A DNA stretch of 64,000 nt from a bacterium. GTDB lineage: Bacteria; Sumerlaeota; Sumerlaeia; MVZB01. Under the pieces are notes generated by a model. That model worked only from the letters and a program-made list of their open reading frames with translations, ran no database searches and was not told where the DNA came from. The position numbers were made by a program, and so were the translations under genes. The DNA lies in NCBI GenBank assembly GCA_021372575.1, contig JAJFUE010000059.1:16359-80358 (forward strand). The letters run 5' to 3'. Below, piece by piece: positions 28,150 to 38,116 of this stretch. The first letter of the stretch is position 1. Every line of letters begins with the position of its first letter.

Positions 28150-28595
28150 CAGGGCATGTCTTTCAGTCGATTGATGAGATTTTCGGCGCGCTGGCGGGCA
28201 ATGGCGTAGATGCCATTTGGCGCTTGTTTGCTGTGTCCCATCTCAAGGGAGTAGGCGTAGGGGAGGTTGTTACAAATCCAAATCGTGAGTTTGCGTTTGA
28301 GGTCGGGAATCGCTCCAATTTCGCTCTGGGCGTTTACTAATTGCTCCTTGGCTCGTGCGTTATTTTCGGAGCTGGTTTGCTTGTCCGGCTGGATTGAATC
28401 ATCCATCTCGTCCATCGAAAGATTGTGCGAGGCGCGGAACCGGCCAGTATCGACCGGCGACATCCGTTGAATATCGGCCATCGCCTGGATCGGGACGGTT
28501 TTGACGAGACGCAAGTTCTGGGCATCACGCGCCTTAAACTGTGCCGTGAGATCGCGCATCGCCTCGCCAAAGTTGTGGGTGATCTTGGCAAGCAT
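28149..28595 (-). CDS. HK97 gp10-family neck protein
   Basis: Motif SPVDTGRFRASHNLS matches the PVDTGRLR signature of the HK97 gp10 family. Confidence 0.55.
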   Translation of the reverse strand: MLAKITHNFGEAMRDLTAQFKARDAQNLRLVKTVPIQAMADIQRMSPVDTGRFRASHNLSMDEMDDSIQPDKQTSSENNARAKEQLVNAQSEIGAIPDLKRKLTIWICNNLPYAYSLEMGHSKQAPNGIYAIARQRAENLINRLKDMP

Positions 28596-28598
28596 TTG

Positions 28599-28985
28599 TT
28601 ACCCCCGAGACCGGCAGACATACATCACGACTTCACCATCGATCCGCATTTCATCCGTGGCGAACACAGTCAGCGACCGCCCGTTCGCAACGATCAAATC
28701 GCCGAATGCCGGGACGCACTTGTCCTTCTCGTTTTTGATCCGGATCTCGACGTCGAGCGATCGAAGGTATCCGCCCGACTGGGCAATCTCGCGCGCGGAA
28801 TAGGGACGCACGATCGCATCGCGTGTCTCCTCTGTTGTGACCGTATCGACCTTGCCGGTCTCGGTGTTGTATTGGGCATCGGATTTGTGCGTTAGCGTGA
28901 TTTGCTCGGCAATCTGAAGGCCGGGAATGAGCTTGTTTTCAAACACTCGGTCAACGATGGCTCTGATTTCAGCGCCCAGCGTCAT
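28599..28985 (-). CDS. Head-tail joining / head closure protein, probable
   Basis: Synteny and size (128 aa). Confidence 0.4.
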   Translation of the reverse strand: MTLGAEIRAIVDRVFENKLIPGLQIAEQITLTHKSDAQYNTETGKVDTVTTEETRDAIVRPYSAREIAQSGGYLRSLDVEIRIKNEKDKCVPAFGDLIVANGRSLTVFATDEMRIDGEVVMYVCRSRG

Positions 28986-30070
28986 GAGAGCCCTGCTTTG
29001 AGCTGCGCGAGCGTAAGCACCTGGTTATTGCTCGCAAGGTCTTGAAATGTGATCTTCCCGGCCTTGTAAAGGTCATATCGGGCGGCCCCGAGGTAGCGCC
29101 TTTTCCACCCCTCGGGCTGGCGATCAAAGAAGTTCCTAAACGTTTTCTGGGCGCTTATTTGGCCTGCTTTCTTAATCTCCCATTTGGTCGATGTGGTCCC
29201 ATCCGGGACGCGTTTTCCGTTTTCCACTTTCGTGTGATGGACGGTCCGACCTTCCTGTTCGAAAACAGCCGCGCGCGTGGCATCGCTATCATCTTCAAAT
29301 TCTGTAACCGGAACGACTTGGCACCGGCAGCGCGGATGAATCGGGAAGCTGGGCAGATCAACGCGATTTTTTGATGTGAGGCCATCGTAATTGGCGCAGG
29401 CCGAACAAGTCCGCGCGTCCAGGGTGGCCACAACCCTATAACCGCTGATCAGATCCTTGTGCTTATCCAGCACGGCGTCATGTGCGAGCGCGGAGGCTTG
29501 GGCCACAGCCGTCCGAGCAAGTAGGTCAGCCCCGTTTCGGGACAGACCCAGTGTGTCGCGCAAGCGGCGTGCGGCTTCGGCATTCGTCTCGCCAAGAATG
29601 AGCGACTGCGTAAGTTCCCGCCGCAGCCGGCCCTTGATCCCGGAGAGGTGGGAGTCGATCCAGTCATTGAGGAACGCCCCGCCCATCGGCTCCGTGAGCA
29701 TGGCCTTGGTCTGGGCGACGGGGAGTTTATACGCCGCCTCGCTCACATCCTTGCCTGCTTCGCCCCGAATAAGCCGCGTGAATTGGTCGTATTCCGTCCT
29801 GATGATTTCGAGCCGAGCTTCATCGATCACGCCGGCGTATTTCTCGCCCAAAGCCTTGAGAACGCCCGCAATCTCGCCCTGCATTCGCTGGTAGCGCGTG
29901 AGGGCGAATGTGGTCCCCCGCTGGGCAACAAGTCGTTTCGAAAGCTCGTTCATTGCCCTCGTGAGCGCAGGGATCAGATCCTCGCGCGCCACTGCCGCGC
30001 CGTAAGATTCAACATCCAGAGCACGGCGCAGGATTTGATCGTGAATGGTCTCTGAATTCGCGATGCTCAC
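28982..30070 (-). CDS. Phage head morphogenesis protein, Mu F / SPP1 gp7 family
   Basis: Motif DARTCSACANYDG...PIHPRCRCQVVPV (Mu-F-like D.RTC..C...G....HPNCRC signature). Confidence 0.6.
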   Translation of the reverse strand: MSIANSETIHDQILRRALDVESYGAAVAREDLIPALTRAMNELSKRLVAQRGTTFALTRYQRMQGEIAGVLKALGEKYAGVIDEARLEIIRTEYDQFTRLIRGEAGKDVSEAAYKLPVAQTKAMLTEPMGGAFLNDWIDSHLSGIKGRLRRELTQSLILGETNAEAARRLRDTLGLSRNGADLLARTAVAQASALAHDAVLDKHKDLISGYRVVATLDARTCSACANYDGLTSKNRVDLPSFPIHPRCRCQVVPVTEFEDDSDATRAAVFEQEGRTVHHTKVENGKRVPDGTTSTKWEIKKAGQISAQKTFRNFFDRQPEGWKRRYLGAARYDLYKAGKITFQDLASNNQVLTLAQLKAGLS

Positions 30071-30585
30071 CGGACCACCTCGAACGTGCTGTCAATTTGA
30101 ACACCGGCATCGAATAACCAAGGACGAAGCAGGGCGATGACGGTCTCGATGCTTCCACCGGCACATGCTTCCCGGACAGCGCGATCGGGAGCGTTGCTGT
30201 ATTCAACGCTTGCCGTCTGGTTTACGTCCACAGATGCGATTTCGCGGCTGCCGCTTGTCCGGCCGGTGCTGGCATCCTGGTCAGCGAAGTGATGAAGAAG
30301 CATTTCAAGCTGGGCGTTTCTGACCCTTGGAGAGATCAGCGAAATGTCATCTTGGTTTCGCGGGAACTCCATCGACTGCCCGTCAATTGCTTTGTCGCCG
30401 GTGAAAGTCATGCGGTCGATCGCCTGAGCAGCGCGCACCAGCCGGGCTGATTTCTCGGCCTCTGTCATCGCTGACCAAATCGGGAAGAACGGCACATTGG
30501 CTTCGAAATAGGCGTCTGCCTCGGCTATGCTCGCGTAGCTGTTGGCGTTTGCTCCGCTTACGGTGGTGTCAATCGTGATGGCCAT
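30067..30585 (-). CDS. Head-tail connector protein (gp6-like / DnaT-like fold), probable
   Basis: N-terminal ..SYASIAEADAYFEAN..W..MTEAEKSARLVRAAQAID typical of gp6-like connectors; synteny. Confidence 0.4.
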   Translation of the reverse strand: MAITIDTTVSGANANSYASIAEADAYFEANVPFFPIWSAMTEAEKSARLVRAAQAIDRMTFTGDKAIDGQSMEFPRNQDDISLISPRVRNAQLEMLLHHFADQDASTGRTSGSREIASVDVNQTASVEYSNAPDRAVREACAGGSIETVIALLRPWLFDAGVQIDSTFEVVR

Positions 30586-30595
30586 TGCTTCGTGC

Positions 30596-30844
30596 CTACT
30601 TGAGGATCGTTTGCATTAACGCTGAGACGATTGAGGCGAGAACGAGCCAGAGAAGCCGGGACAGATTCGTCTCGATCTTTGTAAGGCGTATGTCGACCTG
30701 TTCACGGTGGTCCTTTTGCTGCTGGGCCATAATGGCGAGGTTCGTGCGGATACCCGGATCGCCATTGCCATAAACCGCATGCCCCACGCGGGTAACGTCA
30801 TCCTCGATCCGCTCCAGTCGGTCTTGCTGATCGCACGGCATCAT
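30596..30844 (-). CDS. Small protein (82 aa) with C-terminal transmembrane helix, inside the head module
   Basis: C-terminal LLWLVLASIVSALMQTIL; ATGA overlap with upstream gene. Confidence 0.35.
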   Translation of the reverse strand: MMPCDQQDRLERIEDDVTRVGHAVYGNGDPGIRTNLAIMAQQQKDHREQVDIRLTKIETNLSRLLWLVLASIVSALMQTILK

Positions 30845-31950
30845 CGAGCCCGGCCTTTCTGACGAACGGTCCCGTCCTGGTTTTGTGACTTGAGCGCCGC
30901 GTTCTCGGCTTCAAGCTGGCCGGCTCGTGCATTGACATTCTCCAGCCGGGTTTTAAGTTCAGTTTTCTCGGTTTCCAACCGCTGAATGGTTGCAAGAAGC
31001 TGCTCGTTTTGACTGCCCAGCTTCGCCGCTTCCTGCTCAAGCAGGCCAAGCCGCCCGCGCATGGTTTGCATTTCACGCGGCGTTGGCATAACCGGCGCTG
31101 CCTTCTTTTCCGAAAGGAACCGGTTGTAAAACGAAAACGCAGTCCCGTCCGATAGTTCCGAAAGATTCCACTGCGCGTAGGCGACACGATTGAGGAATGC
31201 CTGAATATTTTCCGCGCCGGGCCTTTCGAAAATGACGGGGCCAAGATCCACGTTTGCAACTTCGGCATAGGCTGCCGATCGGTCACAGACAACAGGGATA
31301 CCGGTCACAAATGCTGCGTAAGCCGCGGTGGAATTGTGCGTGACGAGCACCTTGGCCCCGGCCAGACTCTTTTCAAGAGGGAATTCGGATGGAAGATGAG
31401 TCGTGGTGCCCGAGGGCGCGGGAGTTTCCTCTTGCCGAGGATGAGGCCGCCAGACGATCGGCACATCCGTGTGCTCGTGAATCCTGGCCGCTGTCTCCCG
31501 CGCCCACAGGGCGATGTCTTGGATGTCATGCTGCGCATCACCCGATTTCTGGCCGCACAGCAGGATGTATTCTCCTTCGCTTTTGCATGTGGGCGGCGCG
31601 ATGAGGCCCAGGGCCTTGGCTCTGCCGTCAGGGCAATTCGTCTGCGGAATCCAGTTTAGATTTCCGATCCCAAGAGACCAGTAGCCCTCATCGCGCCGCC
31701 AGTATCCGTACTCCAAAATCAAAATAGGGATTGAATGTGCAGCGTAGGAATCGCGGATCATTCGCGCGTGCCCGTGCAGGCCGTGAATGACAACCGCGTC
31801 GCACTGCTCCGTCTGATCCGGCGTAAACACATTTGGATTACGCCAGACGGTTTGCCAGCCAGCCTTTTGCATGCCTTCAGCCAAAGCCGAAAGCGGCCCA
31901 GAGCCGCGCATCTTGTCATGCAACGGTCGCCCGTAAACGATCGCTCTCAT
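30841..31950 (-). CDS. Rossmann/GT-B-like putative glycosyltransferase-like protein with about 80 aa C-terminal coiled coil, inserted between capsid and connector genes
   Basis: ..AKVLVTHNSTAAYAAFVTGIPVVC.. resembles the C-terminal nucleotide-sugar binding motif of GT-B/GT9/capsule-synthesis enzymes. C-terminal heptad-rich segment. Assignment tentative. Confidence 0.35.
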   Translation of the reverse strand: MRAIVYGRPLHDKMRGSGPLSALAEGMQKAGWQTVWRNPNVFTPDQTEQCDAVVIHGLHGHARMIRDSYAAHSIPILILEYGYWRRDEGYWSLGIGNLNWIPQTNCPDGRAKALGLIAPPTCKSEGEYILLCGQKSGDAQHDIQDIALWARETAARIHEHTDVPIVWRPHPRQEETPAPSGTTTHLPSEFPLEKSLAGAKVLVTHNSTAAYAAFVTGIPVVCDRSAAYAEVANVDLGPVIFERPGAENIQAFLNRVAYAQWNLSELSDGTAFSFYNRFLSEKKAAPVMPTPREMQTMRGRLGLLEQEAAKLGSQNEQLLATIQRLETEKTELKTRLENVNARAGQLEAENAALKSQNQDGTVRQKGRAR

Positions 31951-32024
31951 CCTGATTCCTTGCTGTGTACTTTTATTTCATCTGAGTGCCGGGAGGGAGG
32001 GAGAGTGGCACTCACGCCAGACGG

Positions 32025-33008
32025 TTACTGGCTCACGATCCGAACGCCCGAGAGGTCCTTGTCATCAGTCACGGCCTTGTCCCAGTTGGTCGTGGTCCCC
32101 AAGGCGGTATCGAGCGGGTTGGGGCCGCCGCTCGACACATCCCATTTGAACCCCTTGACGCGCACGTTGAACGCGTATTCACCCTGGATACGGAAGACGA
32201 GGTTTTCGAGGCCGGTGACGATCTCCGAGATGATGTCGCTTTGTTCGGATTCGGTAACGACGACGGCGCCCTCGACCAGACCCATGATGTTATACGTGTC
32301 GGCCACCGAACCGTTGGCATCCGTGAGCCCCGGCGCGTCGGTCACGATCACCGGCCGCCCCAGCGTCGCCGGCACGCCGCCATAGACGACCTTGTCGGCC
32401 ACGTTCACGATCTTGTCGGCGATCTGCGAGCCGATCAGATTGAAGAACGGCTTGCTGTGCATGACCCACGCGACGATCCGGCTTGCGGCGTCGCCGAACT
32501 GAGCAAGACCGCGAACGAGGGCATCGGTCGTGAGCGTCTTGGTGGTCTCGCCGGTGATATCGAGATTGAGCGCCGTCTGACCCTGGATCGCCGCCGCGAC
32601 GGCGAGGATACCGGTGTTCAAAAGGTCCTGGGCCTTTTTGACGCCGATCATTTTGCCGAGGATGAAGCTCATCTCGCGCTGGTCCTTGGCGATCTTGCGG
32701 AACGCGTCGAGCGTCTGGGCTGCCGGGCCGATCTTGCGATTGACCTTCACCGAGATGAACTCGTCCTGCGTGAGCGCGAGGTCGGTTGCCGTAGTCACCG
32801 CCGTCGTGTCGCGCCGGGTGATCAGGCCGCTGATCGACTTGTAGAACGCCTCCTTCTCGTAGTCGCCCCGTTTGTCGGCCGTCACGAGGCGGATTGCGTT
32901 GAGGCTGGCGCCGTTAAAGGCGTTCGTGTTCTGCGTGATGCCTTCCCACAGCCCGCCCTGGAATTCCTCGTTATAGACCTTGAGGTCGCTTGCCTTGCCA
33001 ATTGCCAT
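32025..33008 (-). CDS. Major capsid protein (HK97-fold), probable
   Basis: Size 327 aa; follows the scaffold gene; synteny portal-scaffold-capsid. Confidence 0.55.
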   Translation of the reverse strand: MAIGKASDLKVYNEEFQGGLWEGITQNTNAFNGASLNAIRLVTADKRGDYEKEAFYKSISGLITRRDTTAVTTATDLALTQDEFISVKVNRKIGPAAQTLDAFRKIAKDQREMSFILGKMIGVKKAQDLLNTGILAVAAAIQGQTALNLDITGETTKTLTTDALVRGLAQFGDAASRIVAWVMHSKPFFNLIGSQIADKIVNVADKVVYGGVPATLGRPVIVTDAPGLTDANGSVADTYNIMGLVEGAVVVTESEQSDIISEIVTGLENLVFRIQGEYAFNVRVKGFKWDVSSGGPNPLDTALGTTTNWDKAVTDDKDLSGVRIVSQ

Positions 33009-33019
33009 CTAATTGCCTT

Positions 33020-33793
33020 TCAGTCCTTGAGTTGTTGGAAAGCTTCGAGCCCATGTCTGCTCACGAACTCGGCCTTCTCGGCGGCGCTCATTTGCGAGCG
33101 GCGCAGGTTACCTGTAAATGCAGTGTAGTTGCCCCCGCCCGAGCCGCCCGTAGCCGCGGCCCGAACGTAGTGTTGGTAGTCCTCGCGAGCGGCCAGAGCG
33201 TCCAGCGCCTTGTCGACCGGCATGAGTTCATGCGTCTCCTCGCCCTTCTCGTTTTTGTAGGCAATGTCGAAGAGGTCGATGAACCTGCCGGGGATCGGCC
33301 TGCCTGCCGAGTCCGCAACCGGCTCACGTTTGTGGACCGTGAGCAAATCGGGAACCACATCCTTGGCCGGATTGATGAAACGGTCGCCCGATTTTTGCAG
33401 GATTTGATTCGTCACCTGATCACGAATGCGAGCAACCCGCTCGTCCGCGAGGGCCCTCTCCGCGATTTCGGCGCGCTTGGCCGTGTTGGAAAGCTGGCTG
33501 GCAACCTCGGCCTCGGCGGCCTGTTGGGCTGCCGCGAGATCAGCCTCCATCTTGTCGCGTTCTTTTTTGAGGTCCTCGATCATCTTCTCGAGGTCGGGCG
33601 TCTTGTTGGCCTGGGCCTCTAAGGTCTTGATCTTTTCCTTTTGGCGAGCAAGGCGCTCCTCGATCACGCGATCGATCTGGTCTTGGGTCTGCACGCCCGA
33701 GACCTTGATCGGCTCGTCCTGAATGAGCACCTGGTTGCCTTCGGCATCGATCAGGAAGCCGCTTTTGTCCATCATCAGTTCCGGCATGGGCAT
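33020..33793 (-). CDS. Scaffolding protein (coiled-coil)
   Basis: Charged helical sequence (..ERLARQKEKIKTLEAQANKTPDLEKMIEDLKKERDKMEADLAAAQQAAEAE..) between portal and capsid genes. Confidence 0.5.
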   Translation of the reverse strand: MPMPELMMDKSGFLIDAEGNQVLIQDEPIKVSGVQTQDQIDRVIEERLARQKEKIKTLEAQANKTPDLEKMIEDLKKERDKMEADLAAAQQAAEAEVASQLSNTAKRAEIAERALADERVARIRDQVTNQILQKSGDRFINPAKDVVPDLLTVHKREPVADSAGRPIPGRFIDLFDIAYKNEKGEETHELMPVDKALDALAAREDYQHYVRAAATGGSGGGNYTAFTGNLRRSQMSAAEKAEFVSRHGLEAFQQLKD

Positions 33794-33888
33794 CGTTCCT
33801 TCCCGCGAAATGAAGCCTCGCGTGGGCTTGTTCCGGGTTTATGAGGCTTTGTTCCCGTTGCCTTCCGCGCTATCAAGCCGCGCGTGGG

Positions 33889-35355
33889 CTAAGTCATTTG
33901 GTCCTGTGGTATCGGTTCAGGTTGGGCGTGGCCCGTGTCCATTGCACCGAGACTGCGCCGATCCACGTCCTGCGCGATCTTCACCTTGGCTTCTTCGATG
34001 TCGTAATCCGCCGGCAGGATGTCGCCGTCAATCAGGAGTTGGAGCACGTCATCGACCGGCAGCATTTCGGCAACGGCCAGGTCCTTGAACGCATTGATCA
34101 TCGCGGCCTCGATGATCCGGTCGTCGAAATCGCGGCTGTAGGCAATCTTAATCGCGCCGGCATCGGCGCCGCGTCCCCAGCGCGCCATGATCTCCCAGCA
34201 CCGCCGCTCCGACGCTTCCAGCGAAATCGAGGCTGATTTGAGCGAGGACGTGAAAATCCGGCGGTCCTCACGTTGTGAGTCGGCTGACTGGACCTGGGCC
34301 GAATCCTTCTGCGCTTGAGCAAGGGCAATGGAGTAAATCCGGAAACGCAAGTCTTTGATCGACTCGCGCAAGGACGCAAAGCCTTGGCCAGTGGTCTCCA
34401 AGTAACCGACAGCCGTTGAATAACCGGGCTCGGATTTGAGGTGAAACCCCTTGGCGGCGTCGAGGCGGGTCGGCTTGTCTTTGCCAATCGTGTAAGGAAT
34501 CGGGTGGGCCGATAGCCGTTCGAACCAGTCGAGATCGGATTCTTTGTTGTAAATCTGGAGGATGTGCCCCAGAACGCTTTGAGCAACTGGCCAGCCCGAA
34601 TGGTCGGTTCGCTTGACGCCAAAGAACGGCACAAGCGGCACTTCGCCGAACGGGTTTACGCCTTGCTCAACGAGCTCATAAGATTCGCGTTCGCTATTGC
34701 TGTCCTCGGCTTCCGTCGCCTCGTAAACAAGCCACTGCGACCGGGTCCACACTTTCCATTGTTCGCGAATTCCGGGCTCACTGCCCCAGCCCTGATCACC
34801 CCGGCCGGTGGCATTTGATTCGGTGATAACGGCCCACAGCAGTTTTCGATCCGCGCCCACTTCCCAGTCGATGACAGCGTCAGCCGGTATGCGCTGAAAG
34901 AACGGCCGAAGTCCTGCGTTTTTCTCGTCGAGCGCGCTTTTGAGAAGCGACTTGCCCTGTTCATCCGTGGGCACACGCGGTGCATCGACCAGAACCCAGT
35001 GGATCCCGTCCACCTGGGCCTCACGGGCTGCATCGTGAAAGAACACATCGGCCGGCGTGCCGAGCATGTCGACGTCGGCCTGCCACGAGTCAAGTTGCGC
35101 CGGAAGCTCGCGTAAATGCGGTTTTGCAAAAAGCATCGCCTGTCGGGCCGTGACGATCTTCTCAACCCAGGGATCCAGGACGGCGCGTTTTAAGCGAAGT
35201 TCGTAATCGTCGTCCGACTCGTTCTTCTCGCGGTAGAGATAAACGTCGCGCTTGGCCTTGACCGCCCCTTGGCCATCAAACAGATCACGGGATTTTTGCC
35301 GAACGTGAGCGGTATCGACAAAATCGGGGTGTTGGATTGTAAGATTAATCGACAT
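33889..35355 (-). CDS. Portal protein, probable (488 aa)
   Basis: Size and position immediately downstream of the large terminase; 1-nt overlap with terL stop. Confidence 0.55.
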   Translation of the reverse strand: MSINLTIQHPDFVDTAHVRQKSRDLFDGQGAVKAKRDVYLYREKNESDDDYELRLKRAVLDPWVEKIVTARQAMLFAKPHLRELPAQLDSWQADVDMLGTPADVFFHDAAREAQVDGIHWVLVDAPRVPTDEQGKSLLKSALDEKNAGLRPFFQRIPADAVIDWEVGADRKLLWAVITESNATGRGDQGWGSEPGIREQWKVWTRSQWLVYEATEAEDSNSERESYELVEQGVNPFGEVPLVPFFGVKRTDHSGWPVAQSVLGHILQIYNKESDLDWFERLSAHPIPYTIGKDKPTRLDAAKGFHLKSEPGYSTAVGYLETTGQGFASLRESIKDLRFRIYSIALAQAQKDSAQVQSADSQREDRRIFTSSLKSASISLEASERRCWEIMARWGRGADAGAIKIAYSRDFDDRIIEAAMINAFKDLAVAEMLPVDDVLQLLIDGDILPADYDIEEAKVKIAQDVDRRSLGAMDTGHAQPEPIPQDQMT

Positions 35356-36944
35356 CAGAAAATCCCGACCCCCGCGAACGTGTCTTCCTCAATGGCAACG
35401 CCGCCCGTCTGATCCACAGTCATTGCGCCGGCGAGGGCATCAGGCGCGTCGTCGTGATCGTTGAACGGCCACTCTTCAAGTTGTTCGGTGAGCCGCCGCC
35501 AGTGCTCGCCCTGGTAGTCATCGCGAATGCGGTCCTCCAGATCGGCGGGAAAACGCAGCCATCCCTGAATGAGCGGTGGTCCGATCCGCTCGATGCGAGC
35601 ATCCTTGGGCTCAGACGGATGACGCACATCCCAGGGAAGCTGCCAATATGGGCTGCCCTCTTTACGAAGCTGCTCCTGCCGCGCCTCGAACACCTTCCGA
35701 ATCCACAGTTCCTCTTTCGGGAGCATCTCGACTTCAAGCCGATGGATTCCGTGGAACCCGAGGCGAACCCATTTTTCGTGCAAGGTGAAGCAAGCGGCGA
35801 TCTGGTCCTCCGGCGGACGCCGATCCACCCAGCAATCGATGAGATCGTGCGTTCCATCCGGCCTGCGCAGAACCAGAATCAAAGCGCCGTAATCGCCCTT
35901 AGCCGCGTTCCGGCCACCTGTGGGATCGAGAAATGCCAGAATCTTGCCCGAAGGCGTGAGGTCGTTCCAGTTCCAGCGCGCCCACTTGTCGCGCCCAGGG
36001 AATCGAACATCCTCGGGACTGATGGCCTTGCCTTCAAACAGTCGTTTCCATGCCGATCCCGGTTCGTCCCGTTTCTTGATCAGTCGTTCTTTCGGCCACT
36101 GATCCCACAGCGGAAGGAAACCTTCGGTCGGCTCGTTCCAACCCTCGGGCGGATGCGAGATGCGGAAATACATCCGGTCCACGTTCTCGTAACCGAGCCA
36201 TAGCGTAGCGAACGAGGGCGATTCGGCCATCTTGTGAACAGCGTCTTCGCGGTGCCAGCAGTTGTTCGTCACGAGCAGAATGCCATTATCAGTAAGGCGG
36301 TTCGCGAACGTATCGAAAATGGCGCTGGCGACATGCCGACGCTCGGCTTCGCTGTAGAGGCAGTTGCGCGTGACACAGTCATCCAGCCAGATCGTGTCGA
36401 GGCGGTGACCTTCGGCTTGGCCGAATAGGGAATAGCACTCGAATGCCGGCGCGGACTGGCCGACGAGGTAGAGTTTTTGTTTACTCCACTCGCCCTGGTC
36501 GGCAGCGCTGCGGTTATAATCCGGAACGATTTGAGGAAACACGCTCGCGCACGTGGCGGACGTAAGCGCCTTCCGCACTCGCATGAGGTGTTCCTCGGCA
36601 AGGTCCTTGTCCCGCGACACGATGCCGATCTTGCGCGTGAGGTCATGCGCCAGAATCCAGATGAGGGACGGAATGATCTGGCTCGTTTTCGCGTGCTCGG
36701 GCGGGGCCTGAATGAGGACGTTTTTGTGTGCGCGAAAACAAGTAAACAGGAAATGCTGCATGAGCTTATGAAACGCATGCGGACGCACCTTGCGAAACGA
36801 GGCCGCTGTGATCAGATCAGCAAAAAGGCGGGGGTTCGCCCTTGCGGCAACCATCAACGCGTCGAGCTTGATTTGATCTTGAGTGAGATTACTCGCCGTG
36901 ATCGTCGGCATCGGCGCCCCCTCCTTTCTGCTGAAGTTCTTCAT
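35355..36944 (-). CDS. Terminase large subunit
   Basis: N-terminal ATPase (..VLIQAPPEHAKTS.. Walker A-like, ..TIWLDDCV.. Walker B-like) and C-terminal nuclease acidic residues; size 529 aa. Confidence 0.65.
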   Translation of the reverse strand: MKNFSRKEGAPMPTITASNLTQDQIKLDALMVAARANPRLFADLITAASFRKVRPHAFHKLMQHFLFTCFRAHKNVLIQAPPEHAKTSQIIPSLIWILAHDLTRKIGIVSRDKDLAEEHLMRVRKALTSATCASVFPQIVPDYNRSAADQGEWSKQKLYLVGQSAPAFECYSLFGQAEGHRLDTIWLDDCVTRNCLYSEAERRHVASAIFDTFANRLTDNGILLVTNNCWHREDAVHKMAESPSFATLWLGYENVDRMYFRISHPPEGWNEPTEGFLPLWDQWPKERLIKKRDEPGSAWKRLFEGKAISPEDVRFPGRDKWARWNWNDLTPSGKILAFLDPTGGRNAAKGDYGALILVLRRPDGTHDLIDCWVDRRPPEDQIAACFTLHEKWVRLGFHGIHRLEVEMLPKEELWIRKVFEARQEQLRKEGSPYWQLPWDVRHPSEPKDARIERIGPPLIQGWLRFPADLEDRIRDDYQGEHWRRLTEQLEEWPFNDHDDAPDALAGAMTVDQTGGVAIEEDTFAGVGIF

Positions 36945-37374
36945 GCTCGCCCTCGTATTCGGGCAGCATGTTTTTCATGATGTCCGCCGCCTGCTCGGGC
37001 GTATGGAGCACGCGGACCGGGCCGCCCCCGGCACCTGTCAGTTCAAGTTGCCGCCGCTCGCTCCAGTTTTCAGGATCACGCCGGGAGAGGAACGCGACCT
37101 GCGCCTTGGTATCGGGCGGGAAGTATTGGCCGCTGTCCGGATGGGTGAAGCCTGTAGCGTTTTGGAACAGAGCATTGGCGACCTGAGCGATGCCCGTCGC
37201 GCGCCCGCGCTCAATTGCCTCCGTAAACTCCCTATGCAGTTTCTTTTTCTTGTAAAGCGTGGACGGCACGATCCCGAGCGACAGCGCAATCTGGTCCATC
37301 GACAGACCGCGCGCGGCAAGCCGTTCGGCATTTTTCAAATCCTGGGCTGTGGGTTCCCATTTGGGCCGTGCCAT
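36889..37374 (-). CDS. Terminase small subunit, probable (start MARPKW at 37374)
   Basis: HTH-like ..LSMDQIALSLGIVPSTLYKK..; stop/start overlap TGACATGG with upstream gene; overlaps terL start. Confidence 0.5.
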   Translation of the reverse strand: MARPKWEPTAQDLKNAERLAARGLSMDQIALSLGIVPSTLYKKKKLHREFTEAIERGRATGIAQVANALFQNATGFTHPDSGQYFPPDTKAQVAFLSRRDPENWSERRQLELTGAGGGPVRVLHTPEQAADIMKNMLPEYEGEHEELQQKGGGADADDHGE

Positions 37375-37375
37375 G

Positions 37376-38116
37376 TCAGTGCTTCCAGGGAATATGCAGG
37401 GAGCGCTGGTTCTTGTGGATCGCTCCCTCGCGGGCAGAAATTGCATCGCCGAAGTACTCGCGCAGGACCCGGTTTGTGCGGGATTCGCTGTCGGCGTCGC
37501 GGTAAAGCCCCTGCCCGCCGGGATTGTTCATCGTTTCGTGTTGGACGAAGGCATAACGGGTGTCGATGAATGCCTTCCGGTGGAAATGGGCATTCAAGCC
37601 GGAGATGAAGAAGTCTCCACACGCCATGAGGCGTGTGGGGTAGTAGAGCTTTGAGCCGGCCAGAAGGCCGTAGCTCATGCCGTTGATGTAACCGCCCAGC
37701 GAGAACGGTTTCATCGGGTTGTAATACATGCAGACGGCGATATTGGAGAATCCGAAGAAATAAGCGCCGATGTCCTCGCACAGTTGCGCGGCCGTCTCGA
37801 TCGCGTCCTGGGTTTCATCTGGTGAGAGCCGCGGATACGTCGGCTCGCCGGGCTCGAACGAAATCTTTACAAACGCGTCCACGTCATCATCACAGTGGAA
37901 CAGATTGCCGAAATGTTCATACATCCACTGGAGCTTGGGCGGAAGACCTTTGACGCTGTCAGGGTGAACAACGATTTCCACGTTGGGGTAGTAGTCTTTA
38001 TAAACCGCTTCCTGGGACTCGGCCACACACAGGACCGGATGGACGAACAACCGGTGGGAAGAAACCCGGCCGGCGCGCCCATGCGTGGGAATGACGGTGT
38101 GGATCCGATCAGTCAT
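37376..38116 (-). CDS. Hypothetical protein with DxD motif (putative GT-A-like nucleotide-sugar transferase), start MTDRIHTVIPTHGRAG
   Basis: ..NLFHCDDDVDAFV.. DxD-like motif; ATGA overlap with ParB-like nuclease gene; fold assignment tentative. Confidence 0.35.
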   Translation of the reverse strand: MTDRIHTVIPTHGRAGRVSSHRLFVHPVLCVAESQEAVYKDYYPNVEIVVHPDSVKGLPPKLQWMYEHFGNLFHCDDDVDAFVKISFEPGEPTYPRLSPDETQDAIETAAQLCEDIGAYFFGFSNIAVCMYYNPMKPFSLGGYINGMSYGLLAGSKLYYPTRLMACGDFFISGLNAHFHRKAFIDTRYAFVQHETMNNPGGQGLYRDADSESRTNRVLREYFGDAISAREGAIHKNQRSLHIPWKH

